This document shows, in pieces, positions 1-8,134 of a stretch of DNA of 64,000 bases. Position numbers and translations under genes: made by a program. Source of the DNA: an uncultured Planctomycetota bacterium (GTDB lineage Bacteria; Planctomycetota; Brocadiia; CAIUPP01); assembly GCA_903901045.1 (NCBI GenBank), contig CAIUPP010000061.1:38374-102373 (forward strand), given 5' to 3'. The first letter of the stretch is position 1, and each line of letters starts with the position of its first letter. The notes beneath the pieces were generated by a model, which did no database searches, was not told the DNA's origin, and was given only the letters and a program-made list of their open reading frames with translations.

Positions 1-1037
1 GGTTCGGCCTGCCGCCGGGCACTCCGTGCACGGGCAAGCTGGTCACGGCGCTGCGCCGGATCGGCTTCGACCGCGTCTTCGACACCGACCTGGCCGCCGA
101 CCTGACGATCATGGAGGAGGCGCACGAGTTCCTTCGCCGGATGAAGGGGGAGGGCGGTCCGCTGCCGCTGATCACGAGCTGCTCGCCGGGCTGGGTCAAT
201 TTCATGGAGAAGTTCTACCCCGAGCTCATCCCGCACGCCAGCAGTTGCCGCAGCCCCATGAGCATGATGTCGGTGCTGCTGAAGACCTACTATGCCGAGA
301 AGATCGGGAAGGACCCGAAGAAGATCTTCGTGGTCGCCGTGATGCCCTGCACCGCCAAGAAGTACGAGTCGCGCCGGCCGGAGCACTACATGGCCGACGG
401 CATCCCGTACACCGACGCGGTGCTGACGACGCGCGAATTGATCTGGATGATCCAGAGCGACGGGGTGAATTTCAACGGCCTCGAAGAGGGGAAGTTCGAC
501 GAGCCTCTGGGGATCGCGACCGGCGCGGGGGACATCTTCGGCACCACCGGCGGGGTGATGGAGGCGACGCTGCGCACCGCCAGCGAACTGGTGACCGGCA
601 AACCCTTCCGCCGCATGGAATTCACCGAGGTGCGCGCCGTGGAGGGACTGCGCGAGGAGTCCATCGCCCTGGGCGACCTGGTGCTGCACGTCGGGGTGGC
701 CAACGGCCTGGTGAACGCCAAGACGCTGCTGGACAAGGTGGTTCGCAAGGAGAAGGAATTCCACATGATCGAGGTGATGGCCTGCCCGGGCGGCTGCATC
801 GGCGGCGGCGGGCAGCCCTATCCGCCGCGCGGCACGAAGGTGCTCGACCCCGCGCTGCTGGCCGCGCGCGCCCGCGCGCTGTACTCGATCGACGGCGCCA
901 AGAAACTCCGCAAGTCGCACGAGAACCCGGCGGTGAAGAAACTGTACGCCGAGTTCCTCGGCGAGCCCGGCGGCGCGAAGGCCCATGAGCTTCTGCATAC
1001 CCATTATTCGGCGAAACTGCCAAGAGGGATCCGATGA
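1..1037 (+). CDS. hydA: [FeFe]-hydrogenase catalytic subunit, C-terminal H-cluster domain (5' end lies outside window)
   Basis: Frame-3 ORF runs to the window edge. H-cluster motifs TSCSPGWV, MPCTAKKYE and CPGGCIGGGGQP are present. Confidence 0.85.
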   Translation, partial: FGLPPGTPCTGKLVTALRRIGFDRVFDTDLAADLTIMEEAHEFLRRMKGEGGPLPLITSCSPGWVNFMEKFYPELIPHASSCRSPMSMMSVLLKTYYAEKIGKDPKKIFVVAVMPCTAKKYESRRPEHYMADGIPYTDAVLTTRELIWMIQSDGVNFNGLEEGKFDEPLGIATGAGDIFGTTGGVMEATLRTASELVTGKPFRRMEFTEVRAVEGLREESIALGDLVLHVGVANGLVNAKTLLDKVVRKEKEFHMIEVMACPGGCIGGGGQPYPPRGTKVLDPALLAARARALYSIDGAKKLRKSHENPAVKKLYAEFLGEPGGAKAHELLHTHYSAKLPRGIR

Positions 1038-1570
1038 GCCAGTGTTGCTGCTCCCATTCCACGGACAACCGCGAAAAAGTTCTGGCCGGCGCGCGCGCCG
1101 CGCTGCCGCCGGAGATCGTCACTTTCATCGAGCAGGTGCGCCAGGGCCCCGAGCCGGCCAGCCAGCTCATCTCCGTTCTGCACAAGGTGCAGGGGCACTT
1201 CGGGCATCTCGGCGTGGCGCAGATGAACGCGGTGGCGCAGTTGATGCAGGTCCCCTCCTCGACGGTGACGGGGGTGGCGACGTTCTACCACTTCTTCCGC
1301 CTCAAGCCGGGCGGGAAGTTCCTCATCAACGTCTGCCTGGGCACCGCCTGCTACGTGAAGGGGGCCAGCGCGGTGGCGGAGCGGCTGAAGGAGGAGTTGG
1401 GCGTCGATTTCGGCGAGACGAGCAAGGACGGGATGTTCACGCTGGAGTCGGCGCGCTGCCTGGGCACCTGCGGCCTGGCCCCCGTCATCATGATCGGCGC
1501 CGACGTCCACGCCAAGGTGAAACCCGACCAGATCCCCGCGCTGCTGGCGAAGTACCGCGAGAAGACGTAA
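1034..1570 (+). CDS. NuoE/HndA-type thioredoxin-like [2Fe-2S] ferredoxin (24-kDa NADH dehydrogenase subunit family)
   Basis: 178 aa with Cys pattern CLGTAC...C..GTC and 4-nt overlap (ATGA) with hydA. Confidence 0.8.
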   Translation: MSQCCCSHSTDNREKVLAGARAALPPEIVTFIEQVRQGPEPASQLISVLHKVQGHFGHLGVAQMNAVAQLMQVPSSTVTGVATFYHFFRLKPGGKFLINVCLGTACYVKGASAVAERLKEELGVDFGETSKDGMFTLESARCLGTCGLAPVIMIGADVHAKVKPDQIPALLAKYREKT

Positions 1571-1730
1571 GAGCTGCGCGGGCGTGAAGCTGGGAAGATT
1601 GCCGCGGCCGGCGCGAACGCGCGCCCTGCCAAAGGGCCGCCCTGACGCGCCAGCCTCGCTGTGACGTTTAATGGCCGCGGGCGCGACGCTCAGGCTCCCT
1701 CCCTCATGGAGACTGAACGCCCCGCCCTGT

Positions 1731-1766
1731 TTGACCCCCCCTCCGGGCATCCCCTATAATCTTCAC
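1731..1766 (+). promoter_or_regulatory. putative sigma70 promoter (TTGACC - 17/18 nt - TATAAT) upstream of CNNM gene
   Basis: Near-consensus -35 and -10 hexamers lie ~60 nt upstream of the ATG at 1825. Confidence 0.4.
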
Positions 1767-1824
1767 TGCCGCACCGCGTTGCGATGCCCGTTCCCGTCAC
1801 ACCGGCCCGCTGCTCAGGGAGACC

Positions 1825-3087
1825 ATGGCCAGCGTATTGCTCGCGAATATTCCGATTCTCCTGGTGATGCTCCTGCTGCTGTGCTGCTCGGCCTTCTTCA
1901 GCGCGGCGGAGACCTCCCTCTTTTCGCTCACCCAGGAAGACCTCCGCGCGATGGCCGCCAAGCCCTCGCGCTCCGGGCGGCGGATCACGCTGCTCCTGAG
2001 CGACGCGCATACCCTGCTGGCCTCCGTGCTGTTCGGCAACATGCTGGTGAACCTGACCATCTTCGGCTTGGGCGTTCTGGTGGCGTGGGAAATAGCCGAG
2101 GTCAGCCACGCGCAGGCGGCGGCCTGGAGCGTCGGCACGCTGCTGATCGTGATCCTGTTCGCCGAGGTCAGCCCCAAGGGGATCGCCGTGGGCCGCCCCG
2201 TGCCGATCGCCCACCTCGTCGCCGAGCCGATGTACTGGTTCTACCGCGTCACGCGCCCCGTCAGCGACGTGCTGCACCGGATCTCCGAGTCCACCACCAA
2301 CCGCCTCTCGGTCCGTTTCAGCCCCGCGCCGTACGTCACGCGCGACGAGTTGAAGATGCTGATGGGGATGGCGGAGCAGCAGGGGGCGCTGGACGCGCGC
2401 ACGCGCAGCATGATCGAGCAGGTGGTCGAGCTCGCGGAGATGCGCGCGAAGGAAGTGATGACCCCGCGCGTCGACGTCCCGCGCTTCAACCTCGCCGACG
2501 GGCGCGCCGCGTTCTGCTACTACATCCTGCGCGGACGCCATACGCGCGTGGTCGTCTACGAGGGGACCACCGAGAACCTCTACGGCATCCTCTTCTCGCG
2601 CGACGTTTTCCTGCACCCGGACAAGACGCTCAAGGAGCTCGTGCGGCCGGTGCGCTTCGTCCCGGAGACGCAGACGCTCGAACGCCTCCTGCAAGTCCTG
2701 GGGCGCGATTCGCAGTCGGTGGCGATCGTGGTGGACGAGTACGGCGGCATGGCCGGCCTCGTGACGCTGGAGCATGTGCTGGAGCATGTGATCGGCGAGT
2801 TCGGCGCGCGCGCCGGCGGCCCGGAGCAGGTGGAGCAACTGGATGAGGACACCTACCTGGTCTCCGGCGACCTGGGCGCGCGCGAATGGCCGCAACTGCT
2901 CGGCGCGACCTTCGACCGGCCGGGGGTGGAGACCGTCGGCGGGTTCGTCATGTCGTTGCTGGGACGCGTGCCAAAGGTCGGAGAGCGCATCGATTGGCGC
3001 GGGCTGGAATTCGTGGTGGAACGGATGTCCGGCCGGCGGGTCCAGCAGGTGCGCGTCCACCGCGTGAAGAACGGGGAGGGGGCATGA
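1825..3087 (+). CDS. CNNM/CorC/TlyC-family transporter (DUF21 TM domain + CBS pair + CorC_HlyC)
   Basis: 420 aa with N-terminal multi-TM DUF21-like region, CBS-like middle and CorC C-terminal domain. Confidence 0.85.
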   Translation: MASVLLANIPILLVMLLLLCCSAFFSAAETSLFSLTQEDLRAMAAKPSRSGRRITLLLSDAHTLLASVLFGNMLVNLTIFGLGVLVAWEIAEVSHAQAAAWSVGTLLIVILFAEVSPKGIAVGRPVPIAHLVAEPMYWFYRVTRPVSDVLHRISESTTNRLSVRFSPAPYVTRDELKMLMGMAEQQGALDARTRSMIEQVVELAEMRAKEVMTPRVDVPRFNLADGRAAFCYYILRGRHTRVVVYEGTTENLYGILFSRDVFLHPDKTLKELVRPVRFVPETQTLERLLQVLGRDSQSVAIVVDEYGGMAGLVTLEHVLEHVIGEFGARAGGPEQVEQLDEDTYLVSGDLGAREWPQLLGATFDRPGVETVGGFVMSLLGRVPKVGERIDWRGLEFVVERMSGRRVQQVRVHRVKNGEGA

Positions 3088-4061
3088 CCGGCATCCTCCT
3101 GCTGATCGCGCTGAGCATCCTGCTGGCCGGCTTCTTCGCCGGGGCCGAGACGGGCGCCTACCGGCTCAACCGCATCCGCCTGCGCCAGGGGGCCGAAAGC
3201 GGCGCCTGGAGCGCCATCCTCCTCCACGGCATGGTCGGCCACATGGAGCGCTTCGTCTGCACGACCCTGACCGGCACGAACATCGCCGTATACGCCGCCA
3301 CGGCGCTGTGTACCTCCCTGCTCATCCCGCATTTCCAGAATCAATTATGGGCGGAACTGGGCAGCACGCTGATCCTCGCCCCCATCCTGCTGCTGCTGGC
3401 CGACGTGATCCCCAAGAGCCTCTTCCAGGTGCTTTCCGACCCGCTGATGCGCTGGGCCAGCCTGCCGCTCTGGATCGCGGACAAGCTGCTCTATCCCCTT
3501 TCCGCGCTGCTCCTGGTGATGCTGAGTTTCTGGCATAAGCTCCTCGGCGGGCGCGCCGACCCGCACCAGACGGTGGTCACCGCGCAGTTCCTGAGCAGCC
3601 AGCTTGCCGCCGGAACGCAGGATGGCGTGATCACCGCGCAGCAGGATATCGTCGTGCGCAACATCATGCAGTTGGGGACCCACAGCGTTCGCCGGGTGCT
3701 GGTGCCGCTGGAGAGCGTGAGCATGCTCTCGCTGGACGCCCCGCGCGACGAGGTGGTGCGCACGATGGCCGAGAACGACCACGAGCTCTACCCCGTATAC
3801 GAGGGGGGGCGCGAGAGCGTCGTGGGGATTGTCCAGGTGCTGGATTTCGTCTGCGAGGGATCGGACGCCCCGCTGGGCAATTTCGTCACCGAGCCGGTCT
3901 TCCTGCGGTCGGACCTGACGATGGATGACGCGTTCCGCCAGTTGCAGGAAGTGGACCAGACGATGGGGATCGTGGTGGACACGCGCGGCCGCGCACTGGG
4001 GATCGTCACGGTGGACGACCTGCTGCGCGAGCTCTTCAGCAGCCTGCGCCCGGCGCGGTGA
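3084..4061 (+). CDS. CNNM/CorC-family paralog (DUF21 + CBS), shorter, lacking CorC_HlyC tail
   Basis: ATG at 3084 overlaps the upstream stop (ATGA). Protein starts MTGILLLIALSILLAGFFAGAETGAY, the typical DUF21 N-terminus. Confidence 0.8.
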   Translation: MTGILLLIALSILLAGFFAGAETGAYRLNRIRLRQGAESGAWSAILLHGMVGHMERFVCTTLTGTNIAVYAATALCTSLLIPHFQNQLWAELGSTLILAPILLLLADVIPKSLFQVLSDPLMRWASLPLWIADKLLYPLSALLLVMLSFWHKLLGGRADPHQTVVTAQFLSSQLAAGTQDGVITAQQDIVVRNIMQLGTHSVRRVLVPLESVSMLSLDAPRDEVVRTMAENDHELYPVYEGGRESVVGIVQVLDFVCEGSDAPLGNFVTEPVFLRSDLTMDDAFRQLQEVDQTMGIVVDTRGRALGIVTVDDLLRELFSSLRPAR

Positions 4062-4065
4062 CGAC

Positions 4066-4196
4066 AACGGCTTTTCACCGCAGAGACGCGGAAATGCGGA
4101 GAACGGCAGTTCAGGTTAACGGCAATACCGCGCAAGCCACGGTCCGTCTCCCTGAACTGCTGTTCTCCGCATTTCCGCGCCTCCGCGTGATCTCCG
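4066..4196. terminator. long imperfect hairpin (~30-bp stem) between convergent genes, followed by 2x direct repeat CGCCGTTCTCTGCGTCCT (4211-4294)
   Basis: GCGGAAATGCGGAGAACGGCAGTTCAGG pairs with CCTGAACTGCTGTTCTCCGCATTTCCGC. Confidence 0.4.
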
Positions 4197-4324
4197 TTTC
4201 CGTTCCCCCCCGCCGTTCTCTGCGTCCTTCGTGCCCTCTGTGGTAGAAGTCGTCGTTGTTGTTTCCGCTACCCCGACTCGCCGTTCTCTGCGTCCTCCGC
4301 GTCTCCGCGGTGAGAGGCCGTTAG

Positions 4325-5065
4325 CTACACGGCCTCCCCTTCCGCTTTCAGGATTGCGGCGCGCATGGCGGCCGCGTCGGTGGCGGCGCGCAGACGGGCG
4401 ACCAGTTTCGTGCGCGTGCAGATAAGGCACAGCCGCGCCAGGATGTGCAGGTGGATGCGGTCGTCCTGGCAGCAGATCAGGAAGAACAGGTCGGTGGGCG
4501 CGGCGTCGGGCGCGCCGAAATGGACCGGGCCGCGCGTCCGCCCGAGGGCCACAAAAGACTCGCTGAACATGTACGGGTCGTGATGGCGCGCGTGCAGCAG
4601 CGCGAAGCCGCCGGGGAGCGCGGTCGAGCAGAGGTCCTCGCGCTGCCGCAGCATCTCCAGCAGCTCGCTCGGATAGTTCACCAGCCCGGTGCGTTCCCCC
4701 AGCGCGACCATTTCCTTCAGCACCGAGGGGCGCGTGCGGGCGTCGAGCGCGGGGGCGATCGCGTCGGGGCGCAGCAGTTCTTCCAGCATCTCGCCGCCGG
4801 TCGTCAGGCGTTCGAGGCGCGCCGTCGTCTTGCGGTGGTAATCCGCCAGCCGCTTCTCCGACAGCCCCAGGATGCGCCGCGAGGCCCAGGCATCCACCTC
4901 CTTGCGAGTGAAGACCAGCCGCCCCCCCAGCCGCTCGTGCGGAATCTCCCCCTCCTTGACCAGGCGCTCAAGATCCTCGCCCGTCAGGTGCAGGTACTCG
5001 GCGACTTCCGTCACACTCATCCGGCGCAGTGGCATGGGACGTCCCTTGGAAAATGATGAAGCCAT
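4325..5065 (-). CDS. ptsN: HTH (excisionase/MerR-like) + PTS EIIA(Ntr)-type domain regulatory protein (PtsN-like)
   Basis: ATG at 5065 (MASSFSKG...). N-terminal VTEVAEYLHLTGEDLERLVKEGEIP is an HTH; the C-terminal part is a PTS_EIIA_2-like fold. Confidence 0.65.
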   Translation of the reverse strand: MASSFSKGRPMPLRRMSVTEVAEYLHLTGEDLERLVKEGEIPHERLGGRLVFTRKEVDAWASRRILGLSEKRLADYHRKTTARLERLTTGGEMLEELLRPDAIAPALDARTRPSVLKEMVALGERTGLVNYPSELLEMLRQREDLCSTALPGGFALLHARHHDPYMFSESFVALGRTRGPVHFGAPDAAPTDLFFLICCQDDRIHLHILARLCLICTRTKLVARLRAATDAAAMRAAILKAEGEAV

Positions 5066-5210
5066 AATGACGAATGACGGAGGAAACAGCAAGTGCTGGA
5101 AACGTGTCGACCGATAGCTCGCCTGGTGGAGCGCGCTGTCCCAGCGCGCTGGGTTCCTGGAGCGACACGTTTTGCCTGGCACAAGCGCGCTCGGAGAGCG
5201 CGCTCCACCA

Positions 5211-6527
5211 TCACCGTTCCGCCCGGAATCGCTTCCCCCTGAGAATATGATGGTAGTGAACCGCGAACCGGTGCGCTTCATCCCGGACGTATTGGAGGAT
5301 CAGCAGCGCGGGGTTGTTGCGGCGCAGGCGCAGCTCGCGCGGCGGCTGGCCGAAGTAGAGCAGTTCCTCGCGCTTGGCCAGCGCCACGATGCACGCGGGC
5401 CGGATGCCCACCTCCGCCAGCGCGTCGGTCGCCGCCTGAAGCTGCCCCCTGCCTCCGTCGATCAGGAGGATGTCTGGCAGGGGGGCCTGCTCCTCGGCGA
5501 GGCGGCGGAAGCGCCGCGCGACCACCTCGCCGATCGAGGCGAAGTCGTTCAGCCCCTCCACCGTCTTGATCCGGAAACGGCGGTAGCCGGACTTGAAGGG
5601 GCGGCCATCCACGAACGTGACGAGGGAGGCGACCGAGTCGCTCCCGCCGAGGGTGGAGATATCCACCCCCTCGATGGCGCGCGGGAGCGCCGTCAATTCC
5701 AGCACGCGCTGCAACTCCGCGAGCCCCTTTGCGGCGTCCATCTCCGGCGGGAGGGTCGCCTCGGGAAAGAAGTCGAACGACCCGCGCTTGCCCAGCGCCT
5801 CGAAGGCTCTGATCTGGTCGCGCACCTGGCCGGCCTTTTCGAATTCCAGCCGCTTGGAGAGCTCCGCCATCCGGCTTTCCAGGTCGCGCAGCACGCGCTT
5901 GCGCTTGCCATCCAGGAAACGCTGAAGCAGTTCGATCTGCCTAAGGTACTCCTCGCGCGAAACGCGGTCGGCGCAGGGGGCCGTGCAGCGGCTGAGGTGA
6001 TAGAGCAGGCAGGGGCGCTCGAAGCGGCGCTTCACGTCGTCGGCGCGGATGGGGCGCGAGCAGGTGCAGAACTTGAAGACGCGCTGGAGCAGTTGCACCG
6101 CCTGGCGCAGGCCGCGCGCGTCGGTGAAGGGGCCGTAATACTTGCTCTTGCGGTTATCGCGCTGGCGGGTGACGAAGACGCGCGGAAAGTCGTCGCCGCG
6201 CGTGATCTCCAGGTAGGGGTAGAGCTTGCTATCGCGCAGGTCGGCGTTGTACTTGGGCTGGAGGTCCTTGATGAGGCGCGCCTCCATGAGCAGCGCGTCC
6301 ACCTCGGATTCGGCGGGGATCACCTCGAAGTCCGCCACCTGCGGCATCATGGCGGCGATCTGCGGGCGCTCGTCAGAACGCGCCTCCTGGAAGTAGCTGC
6401 CCACGCGGTCGCGCAGGGCGTTGGCCTTCCCCACGTAAAGCACCGCCCCGCGGGCGTTCTTCATGAGGTAAACGCCGGGAGTACGAGGCAAGGCGGCGGC
6501 TTTTTTTTTCAGGTCGTCAGGAGTCAT
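5211..6527 (-). CDS. uvrC: UvrC-like excinuclease (GIY-YIG + UvrC RNaseH-like domains), short form without C-terminal (HhH)2
   Basis: GIY-YIG motif GVYLMKNARGAVLYVGKANALRDRVGSYF plus UvrC central and endonuclease regions. ~438 aa versus ~600 aa for canonical UvrC. Confidence 0.75.
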   Translation of the reverse strand: MTPDDLKKKAAALPRTPGVYLMKNARGAVLYVGKANALRDRVGSYFQEARSDERPQIAAMMPQVADFEVIPAESEVDALLMEARLIKDLQPKYNADLRDSKLYPYLEITRGDDFPRVFVTRQRDNRKSKYYGPFTDARGLRQAVQLLQRVFKFCTCSRPIRADDVKRRFERPCLLYHLSRCTAPCADRVSREEYLRQIELLQRFLDGKRKRVLRDLESRMAELSKRLEFEKAGQVRDQIRAFEALGKRGSFDFFPEATLPPEMDAAKGLAELQRVLELTALPRAIEGVDISTLGGSDSVASLVTFVDGRPFKSGYRRFRIKTVEGLNDFASIGEVVARRFRRLAEEQAPLPDILLIDGGRGQLQAATDALAEVGIRPACIVALAKREELLYFGQPPRELRLRRNNPALLILQYVRDEAHRFAVHYHHILRGKRFRAER

Positions 6528-6540
6528 GGCTGTGAACGGA

Positions 6541-6680
6541 TTCAACTTTCAACATCCGACGTCCAACGTCCAACATTCAACGAACAACAAAAGAACGCCG
6601 CGCGCGGAACGTTGTTGTTTGTTGCCGTTACTTGAACGTTGAAAGTTGAACGTTGGATGTTGGACGTTGAATCCGTTGTC
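6541..6680. repeat. near-perfect ~65-bp-arm hairpin built from tandem heptamers (TTCAACG-type), 11-nt GC loop
   Basis: TTCAACTTTCAACATCCGACGTCCAACGTCCAACATTCAACGAACAACAA mirrors its reverse complement after the GCCGCGCGCGG loop. Confidence 0.75.
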
Positions 6681-6683
6681 GTT

Positions 6684-7154
6684 CTACCGAGGCATCTCGA
6701 ATTCCTGCTCGGGATGTCTCACGCTGAGCACCGGGCAGGGAGCTTTGCGGACCACTTTCTCCGCGACGGAACCGAACAGGGCGTGCTTGATGCCGCTGCG
6801 CCCGTGCGTGCCGCAGACGATCAGGTCCGCCTCGATCTCCTGCGCGCAGCGGATGATTTCGAGGAAGGGCGCCCCTTTGCGGATGAGATACTCCACCTTG
6901 AGCCGCGCGCGCACGTCGGCGGGGAGCAGTTCCTGCAGCGCCTTGTTCGCCTGCTTCTCGATGTCCGCCATGAGCTGCGCGAGGGGGGGCGTTTGAAGCA
7001 TGTCGAAGTAGAGCGCGCTGGAAATTTCCTCGATGACGTGGAGGATGACCAGTTTCGCGCTGAACTCATCCGACATGGAGATGGCGTACTTCATGGCGTG
7101 CTTGGACGGCTCCGAGAAGTCCGTCGGGTGGAGGATGGTTTTCATCTTGATCAT
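6684..7154 (-). CDS. universal stress protein (UspA family)
   Basis: 156 aa with Usp fold motifs (ILHVIE...GTHGRSG...GSVAEKV). Confidence 0.85.
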   Translation of the reverse strand: MIKMKTILHPTDFSEPSKHAMKYAISMSDEFSAKLVILHVIEEISSALYFDMLQTPPLAQLMADIEKQANKALQELLPADVRARLKVEYLIRKGAPFLEIIRCAQEIEADLIVCGTHGRSGIKHALFGSVAEKVVRKAPCPVLSVRHPEQEFEMPR

Positions 7155-7330
7155 TGCGCGCTTCCTTTCGCAAGAACCCTGCGTTGGGCGCCATGTCTGC
7201 CGTATATCATAACATCATAAGCGATGGATGCTTCCGACGCCAGCGCGGAATCGGCTCCGCGGTGCGGCGTTCCATCCCCGCGGAGCATCGCAAAGAGGCC
7301 CGCGTTTATGCGTCATTGCGAGGACTCCGC

Positions 7331-8134
7331 CTACGGCGTTGCTTTCTCCGCCGGTTTCGCCTCAGATGGCTTCTGGCGCGTCTGCTGCTCCGGCGTGGCG
7401 GGGGGCAGGCGGCTGGCCGAGAGCATGCTGATCAGCGCTTCGGTTATGTCGCGCGGCGCCAGCGACTCCGGGAACTTCAGTTTGAAGTCGTTGGGGTCTA
7501 TGGCGATCCCGGAGCGAACGTCGGAGTAGGTCACTTTCAGAAATGTCGCGCCGTTCGGGTCGTCCAACTCGACGTGCCGCACCATGCCATCGGCCGGGCA
7601 GAGCCAGAAGCGCACCTTCGCCGGCTCGGGGAGCCAGAGCGCGACATTGGCCGGGAGCGAGAGCCGCCCCCGCGGCAGGTCCGCCTGGTAGCGCGTCACG
7701 GCGATGCCATCCAGCGTCCCTTCCCCCAGGCTGACGGCGCGCCCGTCGGTGAGCAGGCTGCGGTAAGCGCGGGGGTCGTAGGTGAGGACCGGGTCGTACC
7801 CCGGCATCGCCTTGTGCACGCGCTCCAGGTCCACCGTCACCGCGCGACGCCCGTCGGGCCCTTGCTCGATCTGCCGGACCATGAGCCCGTCGCTGGCGAT
7901 GGTCAATGTGCTTTGCTGCTCCTTGGGACTGCTGAGCGTCATCGTCCCTTCCACGCGGAACTGGCGGTCGCCGAGGAATTTGGCCTGGTAGTCCGTCGCG
8001 GCGTTCAGCTTGCCCACCGTCATTTCCTGGCGGATGCGCGCGGTGAAGCCGGTCGCATCCGCCGGCGCGGCGGAGGCCACGCACGCAAGCCCCATCATCA
8101 GCCCGGCGGCATAAAGGAACCCTCGCGGCCTCAT
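7331..8134 (-). CDS. secreted hypothetical protein (signal peptide; possibly LolA-like fold), last gene of tad-associated cluster
   Basis: N-terminal MRPRGFLYAAGLMMGLACVASAAPA signal peptide. No confident family assignment. Confidence 0.45.
   Translation of the reverse strand: MRPRGFLYAAGLMMGLACVASAAPADATGFTARIRQEMTVGKLNAATDYQAKFLGDRQFRVEGTMTLSSPKEQQSTLTIASDGLMVRQIEQGPDGRRAVTVDLERVHKAMPGYDPVLTYDPRAYRSLLTDGRAVSLGEGTLDGIAVTRYQADLPRGRLSLPANVALWLPEPAKVRFWLCPADGMVRHVELDDPNGATFLKVTYSDVRSGIAIDPNDFKLKFPESLAPRDITEALISMLSASRLPPATPEQQTRQKPSEAKPAEKATP

Noticed and set aside
26-988. Long ORFs in alternative frames or on the opposite strand of real genes. Examples: 26-988+, 1690-3060-, 8182-10302+, 10590-11630+, 12252-13925+, 14235-15815+, 19657-21648+, 26337-28271+, 31065-34874-, 40302-43043+, 52544-54751+ and 62685-63926-.
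   Set aside because: These are typical high-GC shadow ORFs. They have Arg/Ala/Gly/Pro-rich low-complexity translations with no domain signatures. Each overlaps a gene with clear family motifs in another frame.
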